This document shows positions 41,613-50,174 of a DNA stretch of 61,610 bases, in pieces. The notes under the pieces are model-generated. The model worked only from the letters and a program-made list of their open reading frames with translations, was not told where the DNA came from and did no database searches. Made by a program: the position numbers and the translations under genes. The stretch's first letter is position 1. Each line of letters opens with the position of its first letter. The DNA is from Flavobacteriaceae bacterium (GTDB lineage: Bacteria > Bacteroidota > Bacteroidia > Flavobacteriales > Flavobacteriaceae): assembly GCA_013043005.1 (NCBI GenBank), contig JABDOZ010000063.1:1-61610 (forward strand), read 5' to 3'.

Positions 41613-42062
41613 ATGAAATTAATTCTTTCTTTATCGCTTTTGTTTTTTAATTTAAGTATTTCATCTCAATCTAAATTATTATCTGGAAATTACGAAAAAA
41701 GTATTGGTAGTACTGATGGAGTTATTATTTATGATCTTTTCTTGAAAACTGATGGAACTTTTATTTTCCATTCTTATGATAAGATTTACAGGTGATTGAC
41801 TCAAGAACGAAATCAATATGGCAAGGTAACTTAGAAATCAGAGAAAAACCTGCTTTACTTTAATGCTGATAAACAGACTGATTTTGATGAAAAATTCACT
41901 TAAGATTTCAACAATACAAAAGCAAGATTTATATCTAAACCGCCAAGAGACAAATCGGATAGAGTTATAAAAAGAGCTCTACTTTTCTATGTATCTGATA
42001 TTTTTTGTTTAGAAGGATGGAAGATGCTTAAGCTTGAATTGAGGCTTCAATTACTTTTATGA
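41613..42062 (+). pseudogene. decayed gene for a small secreted protein with three in-frame stops (TGA, TAG, TAA) and no frameshift
   Basis: Signal peptide MKLILSLSLLFFNLSISSQS. The same frame reads ...YDKIYR*LTQERNQYGKVT*KSEKNLLYFNADKQTDFDEKFT*DFNNTKARFISKPPRDKSDRVIKRALLFYVSDIFCLEGWKML. Stops lie at 41793-41795, 41832-41834 and 41901-41903. The frame is otherwise open to 42062. Confidence 0.7.
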
Positions 42063-42936
42063 TTTCATTTATTTCAGTTTCATAGTCAAACCAAACTATT
42101 TCTTTATCTTTTCTGAACCAGGTTAGTTGTCTTTTAGCGAATCTTCTTGTGTTTTTTTTGATTTCAGAAATGGCAAATTCCAATGTCCATTCACCATTAA
42201 TATATTTGAATAGTTCTTTATAACCAACTGTATTTAAGGCATTAAGGTGTTGATAAGGCAATAATATTTTAACTTCCTCAATGAGCCCTTCATCTAACAT
42301 AAGATCTACTCTTTGATTAATTCGATCGTAAATAATCTGCCTATCAGCATTTAGACCTATAGTAATAGTTTTAAAATTACGACTTGATTTATTTTGGTTT
42401 AAAAACGATGAATATGGTTTGTTGGTTCCCAGACATATCTCTAATGCTCTAATGACGCGTTGTGGATTATCAAGTCTAATTGTGTTATAAGCTTCAATGT
42501 CAAGTTCCTTCAGTTGCTTTTGCAAGACAGATAACCCTTTATTCTTAAGTCTTTTATTTAATCTTTCTCGAATAGTGGTGTCTATATCAGGAAAATAATC
42601 GAGCCCTTTCGTTACAGCATCCAGATACAATCCGGAGCCACCAACCATTACAACAATCTTGTATGATTTGAAGAGGAGATCTAACTTATTAATAGCATCT
42701 TTTTCAAATGCTCCGACATTATAATCTTCTTGTACAGATCTGTGATGAATAAAATGATGTCTAACTTTTGCCAGTTCAATTGGAGTGGGAGCTGCCGTTC
42801 CTATCTTCATTTCTTTGTAGAATTGTCTCGAATCAGCAGATATAATTTCCGTATTGAAGTGTTGCGCTAACTTTATGCTAAGACTAGTCTTACCAATTGC
42901 TGTAGGACCAACTATAGAAATAAGATAATTAGGCAT
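42028..42936 (-). CDS. miaA: tRNA dimethylallyltransferase
   Basis: P-loop GPTAIGKTSLSIKLA, ADSRQFYKEMKIGTA, and the conserved C-terminal RRFAKRQLTWFR. Confidence 0.95.
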   Translation of the reverse strand: MPNYLISIVGPTAIGKTSLSIKLAQHFNTEIISADSRQFYKEMKIGTAAPTPIELAKVRHHFIHHRSVQEDYNVGAFEKDAINKLDLLFKSYKIVVMVGGSGLYLDAVTKGLDYFPDIDTTIRERLNKRLKNKGLSVLQKQLKELDIEAYNTIRLDNPQRVIRALEICLGTNKPYSSFLNQNKSSRNFKTITIGLNADRQIIYDRINQRVDLMLDEGLIEEVKILLPYQHLNALNTVGYKELFKYINGEWTLEFAISEIKKNTRRFAKRQLTWFRKDKEIVWFDYETEINEIIKVIEASIQA

Positions 42937-43765
42937 CGTTTAGTTTATGACCACAATGATGACAAAAATCGGCATCATCCCTATGATTTTGTGACGTACA
43001 GCTTGGGCAAGATTGTGTATTTGTTGGAATTTCTTTTTTTTCTTGTCTTGTCATTTCTGCTGATACTATACCGGTTGGAATAGCAATAATTCCATAACCT
43101 AAAATCATGATAATAGAAGCTATAAACTGACCAAAAGGAGTTATAGGTGCTATGTCTCCGTAACCTACAGTCGTTAATGTTACAATAGCCCAATAAACAC
43201 TAGTTGGAATACTTGTAAAACCACTACCTTCCTCACTTTCAACTAAATACATGATGGTGCCAAGAATTATACATAGAATTAAAACAAACGAAAGGAATAC
43301 TGCAATTTTGGCTCGACTTACTTTTAGAGCTCTGATAAAATTAGTTGATTCACCAATATACCTTGTTAGTTTTAATATCCTGAATACCCTTAAAAGGCGT
43401 AAAGCTCTTAGTGCAACCAATGATTGAGAACCTACTAAAAAGAAAGACAAATACTTTGGTATTGTGGATAGTAAATCAATTATTCCATATAAGCTGAATA
43501 TATATTTTCTAGGTTTTTTAACAGAAATAATCCTTGTAATATATTCTAAACTGAAGAGTATAGTGATTACCCACTCAGCAGCATCTAAAAAGTCATGATA
43601 TTTAGTGTCAATACTATCAACACTTTCCATCATAACAAAAATTATACTAGCTATAATAGCAATTAAAAGAAGTACATCAAAAAGTTTTCCTGTAGGAGTG
43701 TCTGCTTCATAAATAATTTCATGAAGTTTATCCCTCCAGCTTCCTTTATACTCAGTTTTTTTCAT
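42929..43765 (-). CDS. voltage-gated-type (6TM) potassium channel with a C-terminal zinc-ribbon
   Basis: S4-like LRALRLLRVFRILKLTRY, selectivity filter TTVGYGD, and a C-terminal CPSC...CHHC motif (42953-43009). Confidence 0.85.
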   Translation of the reverse strand: MKKTEYKGSWRDKLHEIIYEADTPTGKLFDVLLLIAIIASIIFVMMESVDSIDTKYHDFLDAAEWVITILFSLEYITRIISVKKPRKYIFSLYGIIDLLSTIPKYLSFFLVGSQSLVALRALRLLRVFRILKLTRYIGESTNFIRALKVSRAKIAVFLSFVLILCIILGTIMYLVESEEGSGFTSIPTSVYWAIVTLTTVGYGDIAPITPFGQFIASIIMILGYGIIAIPTGIVSAEMTRQEKKEIPTNTQSCPSCTSQNHRDDADFCHHCGHKLNDA

Positions 43766-43798
43766 TAACCCAAATGTAATGAAAAGATTACTTATTTA

Positions 43799-45160
43799 TT
43801 AAAACTTTAATATCTTAAGATTTTTATTCTTTCGCATATAATTCTGAATTATATGCTGAGTATCTCTATTGTTTTGCATTGGTGTGATTAAAGATCGAAG
43901 AATCTCAGAATTATTTATTTGATAATTTAGATTAAAAAACCCCAGGCCTTTAAATACACCATTCTCAATAAGAATAGCACTTCGTTCATCTATATCTCGT
44001 CCTTTATCAATAATTACCATATTTTTATTATCATAACTATTTTTTTCTAAAAGTAAAGATACACGCTTATTATATTCTTTAGGGCTTTCCTTTGCTATGC
44101 ACGCACCTTCACAACTTTGTATTGAATAATTAAAACAACTGCTTTTTGTATCATAAAGTCCAGTAAGTTTTTGGCAAAGTTTATAATCTTCAACAGTTTT
44201 AAATAAAAAACTTTTAGCACTTTGTCTGTTGCTAAATGTTGTAACTGGATTTTTACGCCCATCAGCTTTATCAATCAATAAATTTGTATAGCCATTTTCA
44301 TCATTAAAACTATATAAGGCATGTGTGAAAATTGTGCGCCTTAGAGCCCTGTTAAAAATTGGTTTATTCTTTTTAACTTCCTCACTCTCTTTAAGCAATG
44401 CAACCAATTCACTGCCTGTTTTTTCATAGGTTACCGCGGCAACTAGGGATTGTATTTTTTTTGATTTTGGACTTGGATTTGTAAAATGCTGATTGATACG
44501 TTTTTTTATATTCTTACTCTTTCCTATATAGATTATCTCTCCATCGGTTTTATGAATATAATATACACCAGTATCTGAAGGCAATTCCTCTATTATATCA
44601 ATATGTCTCGGTTCTAATTGATATTTTGGTTCTAATCTTATAGACTCCTGTATAATGCTTTTTTGGGTATCTTTATCCATTAACATCTGAAATAATTTCA
44701 CAGTTGCTTGGGCATCGCCAGCAGCTCTATGTCTATCACTTACTGGAATACCTAGGGATCTGGCTAATCTACCGAGACTGTAAGATTGTTGATCTGGAAT
44801 TAACCCTTTTGCAAGTTCCACCGTACAAAGAGTTTCTCTTTCAAATTGAAATCCTAATCGCTTGAATTCGGTTTTGAGAATTCTATAATCAAATTGGGCA
44901 TTGTGTGCCACTAAAATAGAATCTTCAGTAATTTCAACAATTCGTTTGGCAACTTCATAAAATTTTGGAGCATGACGAAGCATAGTACTATTAATTCCGG
45001 TTAAATTCGCAACGAATGGTTGTATTTCTCGTTCAGGATTTACTAAGCTAATAAATTGATCTACAATTTTATGACCATCATATTTATAGATTGCAATTTC
45101 AGTAATACCCTCTTCGTTATACTTGCCTCCAGTTGTTTCTATGTCTACTATTGAATACAA
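43799..45160 (-). CDS. DnaQ-like 3'-5' exonuclease fused to a GIY-YIG/UvrC-N-terminal-half (Cho-like) nuclease
   Basis: Exo motifs DIETTG, VAHNAQFD and HRAAGDA. GIY-YIG motif GVYYIH...IIYIGKS...RINQH. Cysteine motif C329-X12-C-X7-C-X3-C354. TTG start is required by the conserved N-terminus. Confidence 0.85.
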   Translation of the reverse strand: MYSIVDIETTGGKYNEEGITEIAIYKYDGHKIVDQFISLVNPEREIQPFVANLTGINSTMLRHAPKFYEVAKRIVEITEDSILVAHNAQFDYRILKTEFKRLGFQFERETLCTVELAKGLIPDQQSYSLGRLARSLGIPVSDRHRAAGDAQATVKLFQMLMDKDTQKSIIQESIRLEPKYQLEPRHIDIIEELPSDTGVYYIHKTDGEIIYIGKSKNIKKRINQHFTNPSPKSKKIQSLVAAVTYEKTGSELVALLKESEEVKKNKPIFNRALRRTIFTHALYSFNDENGYTNLLIDKADGRKNPVTTFSNRQSAKSFLFKTVEDYKLCQKLTGLYDTKSSCFNYSIQSCEGACIAKESPKEYNKRVSLLLEKNSYDNKNMVIIDKGRDIDERSAILIENGVFKGLGFFNLNYQINNSEILRSLITPMQNNRDTQHIIQNYMRKNKNLKILKF

Positions 45161-45163
45161 TTA

Positions 45164-45198
45164 AGTTAATAGTTAAAAATTAATAGTTAATAGTTTTT
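45164..45198. repeat. array of five 7-nt tandem repeats (AGTTAAT type)
   Basis: AGTTAAT AGTTAAA AATTAAT AGTTAAT AGTTTTT. The last unit contains the first stop-codon base (45198) of the four-helix-bundle gene. Confidence 0.8.
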
Positions 45199-45551
45199 TA
45201 GAGTTTTGATTTCATGGTGTTAATTGTTGAGACCAACATTTTAATTAATTCCATATTTAAATCTGATAGTGTATTGTACGTTGAAACTTTTATATAATCG
45301 GTATCTTTTAACAATGAAAGCCAATATTCGGTTTCATTCGATTCTTTTAAGGCAATACTCATTTTATTGATGAAATCTTTATTTGATTGAGCAAATTCTG
45401 CTTCTCTGATATTAGCTCCAATTGAAGTACCACTTCTTAATAATTGTTTCGATAACGTGTATTCTTTTCTATCTGATGATATTAATTTATAAGTTTTTAC
45501 AATTTGAATTGCAAAATCATAACTCTTATTTTTTAATATCGATTTCTTCAT
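45198..45551 (-). CDS. four-helix-bundle protein (23S rRNA intervening-sequence protein / Avd-like family)
   Basis: 117 aa and all-helical. Has the typical motifs YDFAIQIVK, SGTSIGANIREA and KESNETEYWLSLL. Confidence 0.85.
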   Translation of the reverse strand: MKKSILKNKSYDFAIQIVKTYKLISSDRKEYTLSKQLLRSGTSIGANIREAEFAQSNKDFINKMSIALKESNETEYWLSLLKDTDYIKVSTYNTLSDLNMELIKMLVSTINTMKSKL

Positions 45552-45555
45552 AAAT

Positions 45556-45583
45556 TATAACTGCTAACTATAGACTATTAACT
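45556..45583. repeat. array of four 7-nt repeats in inverted orientation relative to 45164-45198
   Basis: TATAACT GCTAACT ATAGACT ATTAACT. The reverse complement is AGTTAAT AGTCTAT AGTTAGC AGTTATA. Confidence 0.75.
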
Positions 45584-45584
45584 T

Positions 45585-46250
45585 TTAGTTGCGAAAACCA
45601 AATATACTACTTCCAACACGTATCATATTGCTTCCACATTCAATGGCTAATTGGTAATCACCACTCATTCCCATGGACAGCGTGTTAAAAATCGGATTAA
45701 ACTTTTTGAATTCCAGATAACAATTTTGAAGGTATTCAAATTCGGATTTTATTTGTTCCTGGTCTTTGGTAAATGTTGCCATTCCCATAAGTCCTACCAC
45801 ATTAACATTAGCACATTCGGTATAGGCCTTAGATTTTAATAAGGTTTTAGCTTCACTTTTGCTCATGCCAAATTTAGAATCTTCTGAAGCTATTTTTATC
45901 TGTAGCAAACAGTCGATCACACGATCATGTTTCATCGCTTGTTTGTTAATTTCTTGAATAAGTTTAAGGCTATCTACACCATGGATCAAACTTACAAATT
46001 CGGCCATAAATTTTACTTTATTGCGTTGTACATGACCGATCATATGCCATTCTATATCTTTAGGAAGTTGCTCATATTTTTCAATCAGTTCTTGGATTTT
46101 GTTCTCACCAAATATACGATGCCCGGCATTATACGCCTCCATGATATCACTTATTGGCTTTGTTTTTGTTACTGCAACAAGTTTTACTTGATCAGGAATT
46201 TCAGATAATATGATTTGTAGATTTTTTTTAATCGTCATTCTAAAACTCAT
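45585..46250 (-). CDS. yggS: YggS-family pyridoxal phosphate homeostasis protein
   Basis: PLP-lysine context KLVAVTKTK, HMIGHVQRNK and a C-terminal IRVGSSIFG. An alternative start at M5 (46238) would remove the overlap with the upstream gene. Confidence 0.9.
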   Translation of the reverse strand: MSFRMTIKKNLQIILSEIPDQVKLVAVTKTKPISDIMEAYNAGHRIFGENKIQELIEKYEQLPKDIEWHMIGHVQRNKVKFMAEFVSLIHGVDSLKLIQEINKQAMKHDRVIDCLLQIKIASEDSKFGMSKSEAKTLLKSKAYTECANVNVVGLMGMATFTKDQEQIKSEFEYLQNCYLEFKKFNPIFNTLSMGMSGDYQLAIECGSNMIRVGSSIFGFRN

Positions 46251-47484
46251 AAATCGTCATTCCACTTCTTAATTTGGGTAAAATATAAGTACTTTTTGGA
46301 GGCATTTTTAAGCCTTCATCAGCTATTTTCTTCATTTGTTTCACAGTTGTTGCACACATACCAAAACCTACTTTAAATTTACCACTATCAACATAACCCT
46401 TTACGTTCACTATTTCATCTTTACCATGTGTATGGAAATATTCAATACGATTATCGTGGCGTAAATCTTCAATACCTAAAATGGGATTTAATATGGTTTT
46501 GTATAATATTTGAGCATCTAACTCATCTAGTGATGTTTTAAATTCATACGTTGCTTTTCTCAAATACAAGGAATAAAAATTACCATCTAAATACATGCTG
46601 AAATGATGTGGTCTTGTAGGTGTGTAAGGCGTGACACCTCTGTTTTGTATTCTAAATGCTCCATCTAACTTTATTAAAAACTCCTCTTTGGATAATCCAT
46701 TCAAATCCTTAACCAATCTATTAAATTCATGTATGACCAGTTCTGATTCCGGAATTAAATAGGACATAAAGAAATTATACGATTCGGTTCCGTTATGTTT
46801 AGCATTGTTTTCTTTTTCTTCTTTATACAACAAATAAGATGAAGCAGATCTATGATGACCATCTGCAATGTAAATGGTATTCATTTTTTCAAACTCATCC
46901 TTAATGGTTTTAATGATGGCTTCATCATCTACTTTCCATAAATAATGTGTATCCTTGTATGTCATAGTAAACTCAAATTCAGCATAATTTTTTTGAGTTT
47001 CCTGAATAATTTCTGCAATTTTAACATTGTCAGGATATGTCAATAATACCGGTTCTGCATTAAATCCTACTGTTTTTAAGTAAGTTTTAAAGGTTTCTTC
47101 ACGTGATTCAATGGTATCCTCATGTTTCTTAATAATGTCATTTTCATAGTCTTCTGCACTCGTAGCAGCGATAATTCCATTAAAAGATTGATTATGACGA
47201 TTTACAATTTTGTACACGTAAAAGGATGGTTTATTATCGGTTATAAAAACGCCATCTTCTTTAAACTCCAGATATCTGTTTTTTACTAGTTTATATCGCT
47301 CTTCACCAGTAATAACTTGGTCGTATTTATATCCAGGATTTATAATATGAAGGAAACTATAAGGATTATAGGCCATCCTGGACTCACGTTCATCTAGCGT
47401 GTAACTTTGATATGAGCGAGATGCAACCAAACCTACAATGGCTCTCGTTGGTCTTACAGCTTTAAAAGGAATCACTTTTGCCAT
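46240..47484 (-). CDS. DUF1015 domain-containing protein
   Basis: Size of about 414 aa and the characteristic IADGHHRSAS motif. Confidence 0.75.
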   Translation of the reverse strand: MAKVIPFKAVRPTRAIVGLVASRSYQSYTLDERESRMAYNPYSFLHIINPGYKYDQVITGEERYKLVKNRYLEFKEDGVFITDNKPSFYVYKIVNRHNQSFNGIIAATSAEDYENDIIKKHEDTIESREETFKTYLKTVGFNAEPVLLTYPDNVKIAEIIQETQKNYAEFEFTMTYKDTHYLWKVDDEAIIKTIKDEFEKMNTIYIADGHHRSASSYLLYKEEKENNAKHNGTESYNFFMSYLIPESELVIHEFNRLVKDLNGLSKEEFLIKLDGAFRIQNRGVTPYTPTRPHHFSMYLDGNFYSLYLRKATYEFKTSLDELDAQILYKTILNPILGIEDLRHDNRIEYFHTHGKDEIVNVKGYVDSGKFKVGFGMCATTVKQMKKIADEGLKMPPKSTYILPKLRSGMTIYEF

Positions 47485-47485
47485 A

Positions 47486-48376
47486 TTACTTCACAAATTG
47501 TTTAGAGACTTGCTCTGCTTTTCTACTTATAGAATAATCATAAAATCCTTCACCAGATTTGATGCCTAATTTTCCCGCTCTAACCATATTAACAAGCAAA
47601 GGACAAGGCGCATATTTAGGATTTTTGAAACCATCATACAAAACTTTCAAAATGGATAAGCACACATCTAAACCAATAAAATCGGCCAATTGCAAAGGAC
47701 CCATAGGATGAGCCATCCCCAGTTTCATAACCGTATCTATTTCATTAACTCCTGCAACTCCATTATAAAGCGTTTCAATGGATTCATTTATCATTGGCAT
47801 TAATATCCTGTTTGCTACAAATCCCGGATAATCATTAACTTCTACTGGTATTTTATCCAATTTTTGGGATAACTCCATAATGGTTTTTGTAACCTCATCA
47901 CTGGTATTATATCCACGAATTATTTCAACTAATTTCATAATTGGAACCGGATTCATAAAGTGCATTCCAATGACCATATCAGGTCTGGATGTAGCACTGG
48001 CAATTTGCGTAATTGAAATAGAAGAAGTGTTGGTTGCCAATATAGTGTCCTCTGGGCAATCTGCATCTAATTGTTTGAATATTTTTAATTTGAGATCTAT
48101 ATTCTCTGTAGCTGCTTCCATCACTAACCTCGAGTATTCAACACCTTCAGTTATATCAGTGAACAGAGTTATATTATTTAGAGTTTCTTCTTTTTTAGCC
48201 TCGGTAATCTTTTCTTTAGCAACCATTCTGTCCAAATTCTTAGATATAGTTGAGACTCCTTTTTTAAGAGCTTCTTCACTAATATCAATTAACTGGACTT
48301 TGAATCCGTTTTGAGCAAATGTGTGAGCAATCCCATTTCCCATGGTTCCAGCTCCAATAACTGCTATATTCTTCAT
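47486..48376 (-). CDS. hbd: 3-hydroxyacyl/3-hydroxybutyryl-CoA dehydrogenase
   Basis: Rossmann motif IAVIGAGTMGNGIA, NTSSISIT, and the 3HCDH C-terminal domain motif GFVANRIL. Confidence 0.9.
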   Translation of the reverse strand: MKNIAVIGAGTMGNGIAHTFAQNGFKVQLIDISEEALKKGVSTISKNLDRMVAKEKITEAKKEETLNNITLFTDITEGVEYSRLVMEAATENIDLKLKIFKQLDADCPEDTILATNTSSISITQIASATSRPDMVIGMHFMNPVPIMKLVEIIRGYNTSDEVTKTIMELSQKLDKIPVEVNDYPGFVANRILMPMINESIETLYNGVAGVNEIDTVMKLGMAHPMGPLQLADFIGLDVCLSILKVLYDGFKNPKYAPCPLLVNMVRAGKLGIKSGEGFYDYSISRKAEQVSKQFVK

Positions 48377-48394
48377 AATGATACTCTTAATTTT

Positions 48395-49354
48395 TTAAAA
48401 TTGACTTATGATCATTGTAGCAACCCTAAGTGCTTCCGTTCCGTCATGTAAACTTACAATAGGCCTGGTATTATTATTTATAGCGTCTGCAAAGGTTTCC
48501 AGCTCATCCAAAATAGCATTGTTATTTGATACTTCTGGGTTATCAAAGTAAATCTGTTTCTTGATACCTTCTGCATTTTGCAATATCATATCAAAATCAC
48601 CAGGATTTTTTGGAGCGTCTTTCATTTTAACTACTTCACATTTCTTTTCAAGAAAATCAACAGAAATGTAGGCATCTTTCTGAAAGAATCGTGTTTTACG
48701 CATATTTTTCAAAGAAATTCTGCTTGCAGTTAAATTTGCAACGCAGCCATTTTCAAATTCTATTCTGGCATTGGCTATATCTGGAGTATCACTGATTACA
48801 GAAACACCACTCGCTGATAGATTTTTTACTTTAGAATTAACAACGCTTAAAATAATGTCAATATCGTGAATCATCAGATCTAAAACAACAGGAACATCGG
48901 TTCCACGAGGATTAAATTCTGCCAAGCGATGCGCTTCAATGAACATTGGTTTATCCAATTTATCCTTTACAGCCAGAAAGGCTGGATTAAAGCGTTCAAC
49001 ATGACCAACCTGACCTTTTATTCTATGTTCAGCCAAAAGCTCTCTAATATGTTCTGCTTCTTCAACTGTTTTTGTAATAGGTTTTTCTATAAAAATATGC
49101 TTTCCATTTGCGATTGCCTGTTTTGCGCAATCATAGTGTGATAAAGTTGGAGTAACAATATCGACAACATCTACAGCATTTATTAATTCATCTATAGTTT
49201 TGAAATAATGATAACCCAATTCTTCTGAAACTTTTTGTGCATTGGATTCGTCTGCGTCATAAAACCCGACTAAGTTGTATTTAGGTGATTGATTTAAAAG
49301 GCGAAGATGAATTTTTCCAAGGTGACCGGCACCAAGAACACCAGCTTTGAGCAT
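48395..49354 (-). CDS. Gfo/Idh/MocA family oxidoreductase
   Basis: N-terminal Rossmann LKAGVLGAGHLGKIH and the EKP motif (FIEKPIT). Confidence 0.8.
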   Translation of the reverse strand: MLKAGVLGAGHLGKIHLRLLNQSPKYNLVGFYDADESNAQKVSEELGYHYFKTIDELINAVDVVDIVTPTLSHYDCAKQAIANGKHIFIEKPITKTVEEAEHIRELLAEHRIKGQVGHVERFNPAFLAVKDKLDKPMFIEAHRLAEFNPRGTDVPVVLDLMIHDIDIILSVVNSKVKNLSASGVSVISDTPDIANARIEFENGCVANLTASRISLKNMRKTRFFQKDAYISVDFLEKKCEVVKMKDAPKNPGDFDMILQNAEGIKKQIYFDNPEVSNNNAILDELETFADAINNNTRPIVSLHDGTEALRVATMIISQF

Positions 49355-49369
49355 ATTACTACATTTTAA

Positions 49370-49377
49370 GCAAAAAT
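49370..49377 (-). promoter_or_regulatory. candidate -7 promoter box (TAnnTTTG on the minus strand)
   Basis: Plus-strand CAAAAATA equals minus-strand TATTTTTG, 15 nt upstream of the ATG at 49354. Confidence 0.4.
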
Positions 49378-49509
49378 AAGATTTTTAAGTATTTTTCTGT
49401 GGGTATTTGACAATTAAATGTATTTAGAAATATTATTATAAAATTCATTTGACTTTGATTTTTACCTTAAAATTCTTTGATTAAATTTATCTCATAAAAA
49501 CTTCAATAA

Positions 49510-50151
49510 TTGAAAGATACTTTTAAGCACAAAGGATTAAGACAGCAATTGGTTAAATCCATTAAGGATAAAGGAATTACCGATGCAAACGTACTGAATG
49601 CTATTGGTAAAATTCCAAGGCATTTATTCATGGATTCTGGTTTCATTGATCATGCTTATCAGGATAAACCGTTTCCCATCGCTGCAGACCAAACCATTTC
49701 TCAACCTTATACAGTTGCTTTCCAAACAGAATTATTGGAGGTTAAAAAAGGAGATAAGATTCTTGAAATAGGAACAGGTAGTGGATATCAAGCAGCTGTA
49801 TTAATTGAAATGGGCGCTAAATTGTATAGTATTGAAAGACAAAAAGAATTGTTTAAAAAAACAAGTAAGTTTTTACCAAAACTTGGCTACCGAGCTAAAA
49901 AATTAGTCTTTGGGGACGGATATAAAGGTCTGGAAGAAGAAGCACCCTTTGACGGTATTATAGTTACAGCTGGAGCACCTTTTGTGCCTAAACCCTTAAT
50001 GAATCAATTGAAGATAGGTGGCAGATTAGTGATTCCTGTTGGAGATGACATTCAGACCATGACCTTGTTCATAAGAAAAGGAGAGAAGGAGTTTGAAAAA
50101 CATGAACATGGCTCGTTTAGATTTGTGCCATTACTGGGAGATAAGAATTAA
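49510..50151 (+). CDS. pcm: protein-L-isoaspartate O-methyltransferase
   Basis: QTISQPY motif and SAM motif LEIGTGSGYQAAVL. TTG start is supported by the conserved N-terminus. Confidence 0.92.
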   Translation: MKDTFKHKGLRQQLVKSIKDKGITDANVLNAIGKIPRHLFMDSGFIDHAYQDKPFPIAADQTISQPYTVAFQTELLEVKKGDKILEIGTGSGYQAAVLIEMGAKLYSIERQKELFKKTSKFLPKLGYRAKKLVFGDGYKGLEEEAPFDGIIVTAGAPFVPKPLMNQLKIGGRLVIPVGDDIQTMTLFIRKGEKEFEKHEHGSFRFVPLLGDKN

Positions 50152-50174
50152 GTGATCATTCAGATTGAAACCAA

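Noticed and set aside
41793-41903. Stop-codon reassignment or programmed read-through as an explanation for the in-frame TGA/TAG/TAA (and TAA at 33160).
   Set aside because: All three stop codons terminate dozens of well-conserved genes in this window at the expected protein lengths. Three different stops in one small gene fits decay better than recoding.
45198-45551. Diversity-generating retroelement, because the four-helix-bundle protein is Avd-like.
   Set aside because: The window has no reverse transcriptase gene and no template/variable repeat pair. The gene appears to be an orphan.
47880-48314. 144-aa ORF antisense to hbd, and similar antisense or alternative-frame ORFs. Examples: 2313-2531, 4221-4490, 4694-4885, 12525-12770, 13921-14220, 14411-14638, 15124-15435, 16235-16522, 24185-24397, 25002-25316, 29394-29708, 31135-31395, 31648-31896, 35450-35767, 36346-36672, 40500-40808, 51862-52191, 58287-59171, 59370-60086.
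   Set aside because: All lie inside strongly supported genes on the other strand or in another frame. They have biased, motif-free translations.
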